Positions 17,150-26,084 of a DNA stretch of 28,410 nucleotides are shown here, in pieces. The stretch is from Steroidobacteraceae bacterium (GTDB lineage Bacteria > Pseudomonadota > Gammaproteobacteria > Steroidobacterales > Steroidobacteraceae). Positions within the stretch are counted from its first letter, which is position 1. Every line of letters starts with the position of its first letter. A program made the position numbers and the translations under genes. A model generated the notes under the pieces. That model ran no database searches, had not been told where the DNA came from, and saw only the letters and a program-made list of their open reading frames with translations. The stretch is from NCBI GenBank assembly GCA_036263355.1, contig DATAHE010000283.1, positions 1-28,410 on the forward strand, written 5' to 3'.

Positions 17150-17167
17150 TGTAAGAATCATCCTACA
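17150..17167. promoter_or_regulatory. Best GacA/RcsB-like box, in the cls / response-regulator divergent promoter
   Basis: TGTAAG-AATCAT-CCTACA, one mismatch to TGTAAG-N6-CTTACA. The inner TAAGAATCATCCTA is 12/14 identical to the RcsAB box TAAGAATATTCCTA. A weaker copy, TATAAG-ATGTGG-CCTGCG, lies at 17173-17190. Confidence 0.65.
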
Positions 17168-17354
17168 GTTATTATAAGATGTGGCCTGCGTAAACATTGG
17201 GCCGCGCAACGAACACTATCGGACGTGACCAAAGTGGTTATTTTCCTTGTCAGACTTATGCTGGCAAGTTGGCGCAAGTCATCAGGGAAAAATCTTGACG
17301 CTTGTAAGCCGCGGATCGGCCAACTAATCAGTTATTCAAAAACGGTAATTCAAA

Positions 17355-17987
17355 ATGCCCAAGATACTCATAGCAGATGATCATGCAGTTGTCAGAAAAG
17401 GCTTCAAGCAACTGCTGATGGAAGATCGCGCCCAGTTCGAAGTGGGTGAAGCGTGTACAGGTCGCGAAACACTGGATCGACTGCGCGAACAGAAATGGGA
17501 CCTGCTGGTGCTTGACATCAACATGCCTGATCGCAGTGGTATTGATATCCTGCGGCAGATACATGCTGCCTATCCTGGCATGCGTGTGCTAATTCTCAGC
17601 GCATTTCCGGAGAGACAATATGCAGTCAATGTGCTGCGCTCAGGCGCGAATGGATATCTGAACAAGGAAATGGCGCCTGAAGAGTTGCTGACAGCGGTCA
17701 AGACGGTACTGAGTGGCCGACGCTATGTCAGCGTTGCGCTTGCTGAGTTGCTGGTCACCGAGCTGGACAACGACAGCGAGAAACCAGCACATATGCAATT
17801 GTCGGAACGCGAATTCCAGATCTTCTGCAAGCTGGCAAGCGGCACATCGGTTTCCGCCATTGGTGCGGAGCTGTGTTTGTCAGTGAAGACAATCAGCACC
17901 TATCGCTCAAGACTGATGGAGAAGATGGGCTTCAAAAGCAATGCTGACATCACGGCGTATGCGTTACGCAATCAATTGATCAATTAA
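17355..17987 (+). CDS. NarL/LuxR-family DNA-binding response regulator (UvrY/GacA-like)
   Basis: 'ILIADDHAVVRKG', 'VLDINMPDRSG', 'GANGYLNK' and HTH 'LSEREFQIF...LSVKTISTYRSRLMEKMG'. Confidence 0.95.
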   Translation: MPKILIADDHAVVRKGFKQLLMEDRAQFEVGEACTGRETLDRLREQKWDLLVLDINMPDRSGIDILRQIHAAYPGMRVLILSAFPERQYAVNVLRSGANGYLNKEMAPEELLTAVKTVLSGRRYVSVALAELLVTELDNDSEKPAHMQLSEREFQIFCKLASGTSVSAIGAELCLSVKTISTYRSRLMEKMGFKSNADITAYALRNQLIN

Positions 17988-18099
17988 TCAATTGTCCAGT
18001 TTGATCGTCTGAACTTGGGGTGTGGTGTAAACTGCGGCATCTAATCTAGTGTCGTATTGTGATAACAACAGGAGTGCGCTCGGCAGCGTTACCAATTTG

Positions 18100-18483
18100 A
18101 TGCGTGAGCTTAAGGTACTGTTAGTCGAAGACTCTCCGTTACTTTCGGACCGTATGATGGAATTGCTTTCCGAGATGGAAGGCATTGTATCCGTGGGCGC
18201 AGTCAGCACCGAGTCTGCAGCCATCAATGCCGTCGATACGCAACAACCAGATGTGGTGCTGCTGGATTTGCGACTGAAGGAAGGCACAGGCTTTAGCGTG
18301 ATGCGGCACCTCAAGCATGTCAGTAAGCAGCCTGTGGTGATTGTGATCACCAACTATGCGTTGCCACAGTATCGTCGTGAAGCGGAAGCGCTGGGCGCCC
18401 GTTTTTTTCTCGACAAGAGCCAGGAATTCGATTTGATTCCCGCGATGCTGGCAACGTTACAGATAGAGCAGACCGCACGCTGA
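18100..18483 (+). CDS. Single-domain response regulator (receiver)
   Basis: 'KVLLVEDS', 'VVLLDLRLKEGTG', 'VITNY' and 'FFLDKS'. The start could be 18049 (GTG) or 18100 (ATG). Confidence 0.88.
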   Translation: MRELKVLLVEDSPLLSDRMMELLSEMEGIVSVGAVSTESAAINAVDTQQPDVVLLDLRLKEGTGFSVMRHLKHVSKQPVVIVITNYALPQYRREAEALGARFFLDKSQEFDLIPAMLATLQIEQTAR

Positions 18484-18571
18484 ATAAGCGCCGTCGAAGG
18501 CAAGGCTTTACTGCGTCTGATTGTGCGTGTTCGCGACAGCGCGTGAAGCTGGCAACAATTCCGTAACTGCG

Positions 18572-19945
18572 TTACTCCAGCGTTGCCAATTGATTGGCCA
18601 AGTCTGTTCCCAGCCATACGATTACGCGCGTGCCATGCGGAAAGACAGAGATGATCTGGAAGGTACCGCCAATGGTCTGCATACGGTACTTCATGCTCAG
18701 TAATCCGTGTGAACCACTGGCGCGTCGCGTCGTATTCTCAAAGCCAACGCCGTCGTCTTCAATCGTTAACACCAGCTCTTGATTGGTACCTTTCAAACTG
18801 ACTTTAACGGTTGTAGCGCGCGCGTGCTTGACGATGTTGGTCATTGTCTCCTGCGCCACACGGAAGATGGCAATCGCAATATTCAAATCAACTTTCAGTT
18901 CTTCCTCTGGAAAATCTGCTTCAAGTACGAGATTGGCCTGTGCACAGGTTTCTTCACATTGCCATCTGATGGCAGCGACCAGTCCCAGGTTATCGAGCAG
19001 GGTGGGACGCAATTCTTCAATGACGCGGCGTTTCAATTCAACGCCGGCACTCAATGCAGTCTGAATACGTTGCCAGCGCACCTGGATATCGGGTGCACTG
19101 AAATCAAATTTCTTGGCAAGCTGTGAAAGATCCATCTTCATAGCGACCAGCAGGCCGCCGAGTTCATCATGCAGTTCTCTGGCAAGTCGCAGCTTTTCAT
19201 CTTCGCGCACACTCAGCATGTGCTTGGAAAGATTCGTTAACTCTGCAGTGCGCTCTTCCACCATGCTATTCAGTTTCATTGCCGCAGCGTTGCGTCGTTC
19301 AATTTCCCAGATGACCAGCAGGCCGATTGCCAGCAATAAAAGGATATTCAGCAGCGTCGTTCCGCCTGCCACATACCGGTTTACCTTGACTTGCAATTGC
19401 CAGAAATCAATATCGCTAAAGACACGTTGGCGTTCCCGTGAGCGCATACTTTCAAACGTCGCGCGTATCTCTTCCATCCAGTGCAAATCAAGACGGGTTT
19501 TCACCTGGCGTAATGCTTCAGCGTCGCCGGCTACACGTTGCGCTTCTTCAATTCCGCTTTGCATTTCTGCAAATTTGCTGTCGATGTTGTTCCTTGCCTT
19601 GTTCAGATACGCCAGTTCGTCATTTTCGATTTTTCCATACTGCGATATCAGCGTGTTCAGTGTTTTATTGGCGCGGCTTTTCGCTTCATTGAAGGTCACC
19701 AGAAAACCGGGATCAAGTGTCAGCAAAAATCCACGCTGCGCACTTTCTGCATCGGCAACGGCATAAATCATTTCGGCAAGTTCGCGCAGTCTTTCCTGAC
19801 GACCACGAATGCCTGCGGCCAGCTCCACAGTGTAAGAGCGGCGATATTCAATAACGCCATAGCCAATCAACACCAGGGTAATGGCCGTCAGCACAGCAAT
19901 AACCACGTAGCGCCGGTTAAAGCCGGGGAATAGAAAATTAACCAT
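18572..19945 (-). CDS. Membrane sensor histidine kinase, CHASE3 + HisKA_3 + HATPase_c
   Basis: Two TM segments flank the CHASE3-like 'VADAESAQRGFLLT'. H-box 'RLARELHDELGG', 'ELRPTLLDNLGL', N-box 'QETMTNIVKHARA', 'IEDDGVGF' and 'HGLLSMKYR'. Confidence 0.93.
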   Translation of the reverse strand: MVNFLFPGFNRRYVVIAVLTAITLVLIGYGVIEYRRSYTVELAAGIRGRQERLRELAEMIYAVADAESAQRGFLLTLDPGFLVTFNEAKSRANKTLNTLISQYGKIENDELAYLNKARNNIDSKFAEMQSGIEEAQRVAGDAEALRQVKTRLDLHWMEEIRATFESMRSRERQRVFSDIDFWQLQVKVNRYVAGGTTLLNILLLLAIGLLVIWEIERRNAAAMKLNSMVEERTAELTNLSKHMLSVREDEKLRLARELHDELGGLLVAMKMDLSQLAKKFDFSAPDIQVRWQRIQTALSAGVELKRRVIEELRPTLLDNLGLVAAIRWQCEETCAQANLVLEADFPEEELKVDLNIAIAIFRVAQETMTNIVKHARATTVKVSLKGTNQELVLTIEDDGVGFENTTRRASGSHGLLSMKYRMQTIGGTFQIISVFPHGTRVIVWLGTDLANQLATLE

Positions 19946-20161
19946 GGTAACTAACCATCGGACGACCCATTAGTTGGCTCACTGTCACCATGCTGTTTCT
20001 CTCTTTATTTCAGCAAGCAATTCAACAAACATTCTTTGGCATCCTGCATTTATGGAAACCGTATTACGGAAGACCATTTACTGAAATCCGTTACGAAATC
20101 ATAGGGAAGAAGTATAGGGACAACAATGTGTCGCCGCTATGCGGATAAATAACGTGACCTA

Positions 20162-20179
20162 TGTGAGTGCTGTCCTACC
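20162..20179. promoter_or_regulatory. GacA/RcsB-like box upstream of the DUF1328-ferritin genes
   Basis: TGTGAG-TGCTGT-CCTACC, 110 bp before the DUF1328 ATG. Confidence 0.5.
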
Positions 20180-20289
20180 ACAAATTGTTGTAGCAACCGA
20201 CGGCCCGCTTTTCGGCAGTAACAGAGCATACAAAGCGCCCGACTACTCACAAAGATCCACTTGCTTAGGATCTTTCAACGAAGGAGATC

Positions 20290-20457
20290 ATGATGCTTTA
20301 TTATGCTGTTGTGTTTCTGGTGATTGCATTGGTTGCCGCGCTGTTTGGTTTCACCGGTATTGCAGTGGGTGCGGCCAGCATTGCCAAGATCCTGTTCATG
20401 GTGTTTCTCGCATTTGCAGTGGTGGCATTCATCATGTCTCTTGCACGCAGGGCCTGA
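20290..20457 (+). CDS. DUF1328 (UPF0391, YtjA-like) small membrane protein; absent from the ORF track
   Basis: AAGGAG RBS. Manual translation [55 protein letters not shown] (55 aa) has the family signature '[13 protein letters not shown]...AKILF'. Confidence 0.93.
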   Translation: MMLYYAVVFLVIALVAALFGFTGIAVGAASIAKILFMVFLAFAVVAFIMSLARRA

Positions 20458-20459
20458 CC

Positions 20460-21047
20460 ATGGCTATTGCCACACCACAAAACACGCCTGCCAATGGGAA
20501 CGCGCAATTGCCTGCGCTCAGCTCTGCTGCAGAGCTGCGCGCACGCGCCATGCAAAGTCTGGACGATGGCGCGGTGACGCAAAGCTATGCTGCTGATCGC
20601 GAGAAAGTAATTGCGCTGCTCAATCAGGCATTGGCGACGGAGCTGGTGTGCGTGCTGCGTTACCGACATCATTATTTTGTGTCCGAAGGTCTGCCCGCAG
20701 AAGCGATCAAGAAGGAATTTCTTGAACATGCCGAGGAAGAGCAGAGACATGCTGATCAACTGGCGGAACGCATTATTCAGCTGGGTGGAGATCCTAACTT
20801 CGACCCGAAAGGACTGGCAGAGCGGAGTCATGCCGAGTATGGCAATGGCAAGTCGCTGCTCGAATACCTTCGTGATGATCTGATCTCCGAGCGCGTGGCC
20901 ATCGAGTTCTATACTGAAGCGATTCAGTATATTGGCAGTAATGATCCCACCACGCGGCGCGTGCTTGAATCTATTCTGAGTGCGGAAGAAGAACATGCTG
21001 AGGAGATCGCCAGCATGTTGGCGAGTGTTTATCACCGTAAGGAATAG
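20460..21047 (+). CDS. Bacterioferritin-like ferritin-family protein (non-heme type)
   Basis: Ferroxidase ligands TELVCVLRY, EEEQRHAD, SERVAIEFY and EEEHAE. ATG lies 2 nt after the DUF1328 stop; the track's 20139 start is an artefact. Confidence 0.88.
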   Translation: MAIATPQNTPANGNAQLPALSSAAELRARAMQSLDDGAVTQSYAADREKVIALLNQALATELVCVLRYRHHYFVSEGLPAEAIKKEFLEHAEEEQRHADQLAERIIQLGGDPNFDPKGLAERSHAEYGNGKSLLEYLRDDLISERVAIEFYTEAIQYIGSNDPTTRRVLESILSAEEEHAEEIASMLASVYHRKE

Positions 21048-21182
21048 CAACAAGGATTAGTGTCGACTGCTCGAGTTGGATGTGACTACTCGCGGGCTTG
21101 TGTGTATCGATACGGTTACGTATACGAACAGCGTCACCAAAGTTTCAATAGCTTGTCAGACAACGTTACAAGAAGTACAACC

Positions 21183-22373
21183 ATGTCAAACGCAGTGCTG
21201 CCCGTGCCACCCAGGAACAATCAGGACAGGAAGAGTATTTCATCGCTTATCCAGGCTTCGGACATTCCGGGTTGGTCGATCCGGTTGATCGCGTGGGCGG
21301 TGATTGGCGTCGTTCTTTACATTGGTAAACCAGCATTCGCACCGATGCTATTCGCGATGTTGCTGGCGCTGTTGCTATCTCCCGTAGTTGATTTCTTTGA
21401 GCGATATCGAGTACCACGCATGGCTGCGTCGCTGGGCGTGGTGCTTGTGCTGATTGCATTACTCGTGGTCATTGTCGATGCAGCATGGGGGCCCACACAA
21501 CGCTGGGTGGAGAACGCACCCGAAGTACTGCAAACGATTGAGAAAAAAGTCCGGCCGGTGCAGTTGATTGTCAAACGTATCGAATCCATCACCACGCGTG
21601 CGACCACTATTGCCACCGGGCCAGTTAGTACCACCGGAACAGATAAAGCCGTCACGCCCGCGGAAATCAATCCGTTGAGTACGGGACGCGTGATTCTTAT
21701 CGATACAGTCACTATCTCGATTCTCACCCTGTTTCTGTTAATGGGTGGCAATAGTACTTTGCGTGCCGTTGAACGCGCTTCGCAGCAGGGTGGTGGCAGT
21801 TACAAATCCATGAAGATTATCGAATCGGTACGCGCCGAATTGAGCAGATACTATTTAATGCTCACGGCCATCAACATCTGCCTGGGCGTTGCCGTCGCAT
21901 GTGCCATGGCTTTATGGGGACTGCCGAGCCCGTGGTTATGGGGCATCATGGCAGGTGTACTTAACTTTATTCCCTATGTGGGACCCTCTATCAGTCTTGC
22001 AGTGTTATCAATTGTGTCACTGGTAACCTTTGATGGATATGGCACGGCGATTGGTGTTGCAAGCACCTTTCTCTGTTTCACCACCATCGAGGGCCAGTTG
22101 ATTCAGCCATTGCTGATTGGCTTTCGCCTTAATCTCAATCCCATTGTGCTATTCGTTTCCATCTGGCTGGCTGGATGGTTCTGGGGTGTTGCAGGTGTAT
22201 TCCTCATCACGCCATCACTGGTGATCCTGAAAGAAATTGCCTCGATGCAGGATGGCGATTCTTTGTTAAAGGCATTGTTGATTAGTCATTATCAAGTACC
22301 ATTGACCCGTTATCGCATCAGGAAAGGTTTGGTTAAAACCGCGAGCGGAGTTAGCCCGGCTGTTAGCAAGTAG
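21183..22373 (+). CDS. AI-2E family (UPF0118) transporter
   Basis: 'PMLFAMLLALLLSPVVDF', 'GVLNFIPYVGP', 'EGQLIQPLLIG', 'LNPIVLFVSIW' and 'WGVAGVFLITP'. ATG 21183 preferred. Confidence 0.92.
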   Translation: MSNAVLPVPPRNNQDRKSISSLIQASDIPGWSIRLIAWAVIGVVLYIGKPAFAPMLFAMLLALLLSPVVDFFERYRVPRMAASLGVVLVLIALLVVIVDAAWGPTQRWVENAPEVLQTIEKKVRPVQLIVKRIESITTRATTIATGPVSTTGTDKAVTPAEINPLSTGRVILIDTVTISILTLFLLMGGNSTLRAVERASQQGGGSYKSMKIIESVRAELSRYYLMLTAINICLGVAVACAMALWGLPSPWLWGIMAGVLNFIPYVGPSISLAVLSIVSLVTFDGYGTAIGVASTFLCFTTIEGQLIQPLLIGFRLNLNPIVLFVSIWLAGWFWGVAGVFLITPSLVILKEIASMQDGDSLLKALLISHYQVPLTRYRIRKGLVKTASGVSPAVSK

Positions 22374-22409
22374 TCGCTGCGTGCAGATCTTAGATTCAAG
22401 CAGCGACTA
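22371..22409 (+). terminator. Perfect 10-bp inverted repeat starting at the AI-2E stop codon
   Basis: TAGTCGCTGC-(19 nt)-GCAGCGACTA. There is no U-tract, so it may be a stabilising hairpin rather than an intrinsic terminator. Confidence 0.35.
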
Positions 22410-22786
22410 GAGCGGCCCTCATCACACGCCAATAGACCAGGCGCGCTAGAGCTCATGCCAAGAGACTGGATGAAGCGCTTTATCAACGCGCTGCACTCGC
22501 GTCAATCTTATTAAGAACATCAACCGAAGGATTTTCGCTTTGCTTGAACGATGCTAGAGGGTTGTGGGCTCAGCTAACTTCAAACTACTCGTCGTTGTTA
22601 ATTCAAGCGAAGCGTGAATCTGTTCATGCTTCTATACGACTGCTCATCCCCACAACATTCAGAGAAGGATATCTTCCTCTGGTCGAAATGACATGGTGGA
22701 TATTATGAGGTCATACATTAACTTCCACTTGGTCTTGTCATTTCGAGAAACGCGAGAACTCTATTCTTTGGAAACTGAACATGCAT

Positions 22787-22811
22787 AAAAAAGCCGGGCA
22801 TTGCCCGGCTT
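22787..22811 (-). terminator. Rho-independent terminator of the BON gene
   Basis: Minus strand AAGCCGGGC-AAT-GCCCGGC-TTTTTT, about 25 nt after the stop. Confidence 0.85.
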
Positions 22812-22835
22812 CTTATCAATCAACTGTAGAGTTGA

Positions 22836-23366
22836 TTAACGGCCAACTTTGAGGCCATTTTCAACTTTTGCAACGCCGTTGATGTTCTTGGCTACATCTT
22901 CAGCAGCATCCTTCTCAGCAGAGCTGGATACGAAACCGCCCAGTGATACCACGCCCTTGTAGGTCTTCACTTCGATTTGGTAAGCCTTGGTGCGTGAGTC
23001 GGCGATCAGTGCGGATTTTACTTTTGCAGTAATTTCAGCATCGCTCAGCGCATTGCCCATGGTGCGTTCGCCGCTGCGAACTTGCAGATTGTTCTGCACG
23101 GACTTAACGCCAGTGACAGTGCGTGCTGCACTTTCTGCTTCAGACTTTGCATCAGCAGTTTCAACAAAGCCATTCAATTGAACAACACCGTTACGGGTGT
23201 CAACATCGATCTGATGTGCTTTGGTGGTCTTGTTTTCAATCAGTGCGCTCTTCACCTTCGCTGTGACGGCTGCATCGTCGATTGCGTTTTCTGCCATCGC
23301 GGACAAGCTCACACTGGAAATCACAGCCACCGCCAAGCATGTAACTATCTTCTTTGCGTAATTCAT
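22836..23366 (-). CDS. osmY: OsmY-like periplasmic protein with two BON domains
   Basis: Signal peptide ending AMA-E. Two repeats 'DDAAVTAKVKSALI...IDVDTRNGVVQLNGFV' and 'SDAEITAKVKSALI...IEVKTYKGVVSLGGFV'. Confidence 0.92.
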   Translation of the reverse strand: MNYAKKIVTCLAVAVISSVSLSAMAENAIDDAAVTAKVKSALIENKTTKAHQIDVDTRNGVVQLNGFVETADAKSEAESAARTVTGVKSVQNNLQVRSGERTMGNALSDAEITAKVKSALIADSRTKAYQIEVKTYKGVVSLGGFVSSSAEKDAAEDVAKNINGVAKVENGLKVGR

Positions 23367-23504
23367 AAAATCTGTACCTCAATTTGAAAGTAAGAGTCCA
23401 TATGCCGGAGCAATGGGGTTCGTGAATTGAACCATTCAAATGAATGGCGCCGTTACTGTAGTGATGATGCCTTCACGCGCTTATCGGTGACCCACACAAG
23501 CGAC

Positions 23505-23522
23505 TGTCAGTTAAGTACTACC
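23505..23522. promoter_or_regulatory. Weaker GacA/RcsB-like box upstream of the BON gene
   Basis: TGTCAG-TTAAGT-ACTACC (one mismatch to TGTNRG-N6-CYTAY). Confidence 0.35.
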
Positions 23523-23558
23523 GATTAAGGGCTTCGGAAATTACTGAGTGACGATCAG

Positions 23559-24644
23559 TTAATGCGGCATGGAGTAGTGAGCGGTGTCTTGCACTGCCGC
23601 AGCAGTGACAGGCCCGACATGATGTTCGATACATGCATAGTCTGTGATCACCTGATGCACAAAGCCCAGCTTGTTGATAACGGGTTCGGATAATTTATAG
23701 GGATACTCGCCACTGACGCCTGCGCTACGAAGTGCGGCATTTAAGTACTCGCAGAGCTCTGGCCACGTCGAAGTAATCTGGCTGTAAAATGCGCCGTTGC
23801 TTACTGGGGTCATCTGCTGTTGAGTGAGATTTTCATTGCTAACCGATATTCGCCACGCAGCTGCAGTATCCAGTGCGTCGCGAATATGAAGATAGTAAGC
23901 CCATGTCTCCGCCCAGTCTTCCCACGGATGCGAGCTGGCATAGCGACTCACGTATTCATCGCGCCAATCCTCTCTGTTGGTTGCCTTGTTGTAATAGCTT
24001 TGCAACGCCTGATCATAATTCTGGCGCTCATCACCAAAACACTGTCGATACGGTTCAAGAAACGCAGAGTTGGCGATCAATTGATCCCAGTAGAAATGAC
24101 CTACCTCGTGTCGCAAATGTCCCAGCAAGGTTCGATAAGGCTCATTCAGTGAGGCACGGCGTTGTTCACGTCGCACGTCATCGGCTTCAGAAATGTTAAC
24201 GGTGATGACGCCTGATGCATGCGCCGTTAATACCGCTGGCTGATCGGGCAGTGGAGTCAGAAAGTCGAATGCAAGGCCGGTTGCAGGCTGCTGAATTCTA
24301 TCCGGCGGTGATAAACCCAATGACCTGAGCGAATACAGCAGTGAACGTTTTGCGTGTTCGAGTTTTTTCCATGCCTCACGGTTCTCGGCATCGTGTTGCG
24401 GCGGAATGGTTCGAGTGTAACGGCATGATGGACACAGTGAGCTGCCACCGTTCGATGCAGGGTCAACAATCCAGTTGCAGGACAATATATCGCGATTAAC
24501 GCAAGGTACTGCCGTAGGCAGATTCCACATGGAAACCATGCTGTCAGTGTTGAACACATAACCGAGTTCGGTTTCGCAATGCCAGCACGACAGTGCATCA
24601 AAGGATAATCGTGACTGGCATTTAGGGCAGCTGTAATGTTTCAT
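23559..24644 (-). CDS. Putative zinc-binding metallopeptidase (N-terminal zinc ribbon plus Peptidase_Mx-like domain)
   Basis: CPKC...CWHC zinc ribbon, 'EPYRTLLGHLRHEVGHFYW' (HExxH) and 'YASSHPWEDWAETWAYYLH'. Start probably ATG 24644. Confidence 0.85.
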   Translation of the reverse strand: MKHYSCPKCQSRLSFDALSCWHCETELGYVFNTDSMVSMWNLPTAVPCVNRDILSCNWIVDPASNGGSSLCPSCRYTRTIPPQHDAENREAWKKLEHAKRSLLYSLRSLGLSPPDRIQQPATGLAFDFLTPLPDQPAVLTAHASGVITVNISEADDVRREQRRASLNEPYRTLLGHLRHEVGHFYWDQLIANSAFLEPYRQCFGDERQNYDQALQSYYNKATNREDWRDEYVSRYASSHPWEDWAETWAYYLHIRDALDTAAAWRISVSNENLTQQQMTPVSNGAFYSQITSTWPELCEYLNAALRSAGVSGEYPYKLSEPVINKLGFVHQVITDYACIEHHVGPVTAAAVQDTAHYSMPH

Positions 24645-24764
24645 CGCTATTGCTATAACAATCCACCTGGGAGAGAAAAAAAGCACTGCAACGCAGCGGT
24701 TGCAGTGCTTCAAAGTCAGCATTTATCCAAATGCTGAGGTACCCACATCAACCGAACTCAGTGA

Positions 24765-25385
24765 CTAGAAACGCCACGCGGCACCTAACCAGAACGCATC
24801 TGACTGGGTGTTGGGCAATTCCAGTTTTTCATATTCAGCACGCAACTCCAGGCGATGCAATACCACAAAGGACAAGCCGCCGCCCCACATAAAATCATTT
24901 CTGCTATGAGAAGTACGGATATCGGGTCCTGGGGAATCAAAGTCTACACGCGTATCAACGTTGTAGTAGTACTCGCCAGCTTTGGCAAACAGCTCTACAG
25001 GGCCGAGTGGCGCGCTGAGAATGACCGATGGTGCAAAGCCGTTCATCTTTACACGATAGTTACCATTGCTGCCGGTGGCCGAGAAAGAATCTTTGGATTC
25101 ACCGAAATCAATATACGATGCTTCAAGACGCAACCATGGCATGAAGCGATAACCTGCAAAGATCTTCCAGGAGTTGTTATCGGAATGGCGAATATCCTGC
25201 ACAGCGTCATCAACGCCATCTAGATGCTTGATGCCCGCATTGTATCGTCCAATACCTGCGCCAATGTAAGGCCCTGATGGATTGCTGGAACTTGAATCTG
25301 AATCATAGGCGCTGGCACTTAGTGGTGCAGCGATCGCCACGGTCGCCAAGCTTGCAGCTATCAATGTTCGCAATAAAGTCTTCAT
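24765..25385 (-). CDS. Outer-membrane 8-stranded beta-barrel protein (OmpA-like transmembrane domain)
   Basis: GAGG RBS and signal peptide ending ASA-Y. 'GPYIGAGIG', 'KIFAGYRF', 'LRAEYE' and terminal Phe (WRF). Confidence 0.9.
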   Translation of the reverse strand: MKTLLRTLIAASLATVAIAAPLSASAYDSDSSSSNPSGPYIGAGIGRYNAGIKHLDGVDDAVQDIRHSDNNSWKIFAGYRFMPWLRLEASYIDFGESKDSFSATGSNGNYRVKMNGFAPSVILSAPLGPVELFAKAGEYYYNVDTRVDFDSPGPDIRTSHSRNDFMWGGGLSFVVLHRLELRAEYEKLELPNTQSDAFWLGAAWRF

Positions 25386-25594
25386 TTCATACCCCTCGCA
25401 GTTAAGAAATAGTTGAACGACTGCAGTCATTCCCGAAACATGTTGTGGTGATTAGCTTGTAATTCAGCGAAAGCACTCTCAATGCCTGTACGCCGAAGTT
25501 TGCTGTAGGAGCTATTGTTGCAGTGCGAAGACCTACAGGAATATTTGCTAACCCATTCATCTCAATGGGTATCGCTGTTGTGTTACTGAAAAGA

Positions 25595-25612
25595 TGTCGG
25601 AGATTGCCTACG
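25595..25612. promoter_or_regulatory. GacA/RcsB-like box in the OMP / DUF2934 divergent region
   Basis: TGTCGG-AGATTG-CCTACG, overlapping a further half site CGTAGG. Extra half sites TGTAGG and CCTACA lie about 60-90 bp to the left. Confidence 0.45.
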
Positions 25613-25789
25613 TAGGAACTGTCTGCACGGAGATACAGCCTGCGTCACTAAATTCATAGCATTTACGCTGGCAGGAAAGACGTTGCACGAAATGGCGTTA
25701 TTTTCTGCGTGGATTGTCAGTCAACTATTTTAAGAAGCCATCTGAAGTGCAGCCGCTTAAGGTGGTTCCGATTAGAAAGGGTAACGACC

Positions 25790-25972
25790 ATGATGAGCAA
25801 ATACATTCAAGACAAGTCTCCACAAATTTTCAGGCCTCGTGTTACGCCGGATCCCACCATGCAATCCAGGCTTGCAGAAAAACTGAAAGAAGCGCTGGAA
25901 CGAGATCACAAGTTTGTGGGTGGACATCTCGTCAAAACCACATTGACGCACAGTAAGGTCGGCATCTCCTGA
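25790..25972 (+). CDS. Small hypothetical protein (60 aa)
   Basis: AGAAAGGG before ATG ATG. Translation MMSKYIQDKSPQIFRPRVTPDPTMQSRLAEKLKEALERDHKFVGG... No family recognised. Confidence 0.35.
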   Translation: MMSKYIQDKSPQIFRPRVTPDPTMQSRLAEKLKEALERDHKFVGGHLVKTTLTHSKVGIS

Positions 25973-26084
25973 GATGCATCGTGTCGGCACGCGCTTACTT
26001 TCCAATTGGAAAGCGCCGGATGAACTGTAGCGTAGTAATGAATACTATTTCGCCACTTGAAATTCATCTGACAGAGACTCAGCG

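Noticed and set aside
20139-21047. 302-aa ORF-track protein with a Cys-rich N-terminus
   Set aside because: The Cys-rich part is an off-frame reading of the DUF1328 gene. The ferritin fold starts at ATG 20460.
20301-21053. 250-aa antisense ORF, and the many 60-210 aa overlapping ORFs elsewhere (e.g. 19113-19766, 8426-8866)
   Set aside because: They are shadows of well-supported genes on the other strand or frame, with no recognisable motifs.
21154-21170. TGTCAG-ACAAC-GTTACA as a box upstream of the AI-2E gene
   Set aside because: The spacer is 5 and the right half is mismatched, so it is not counted in the regulon.
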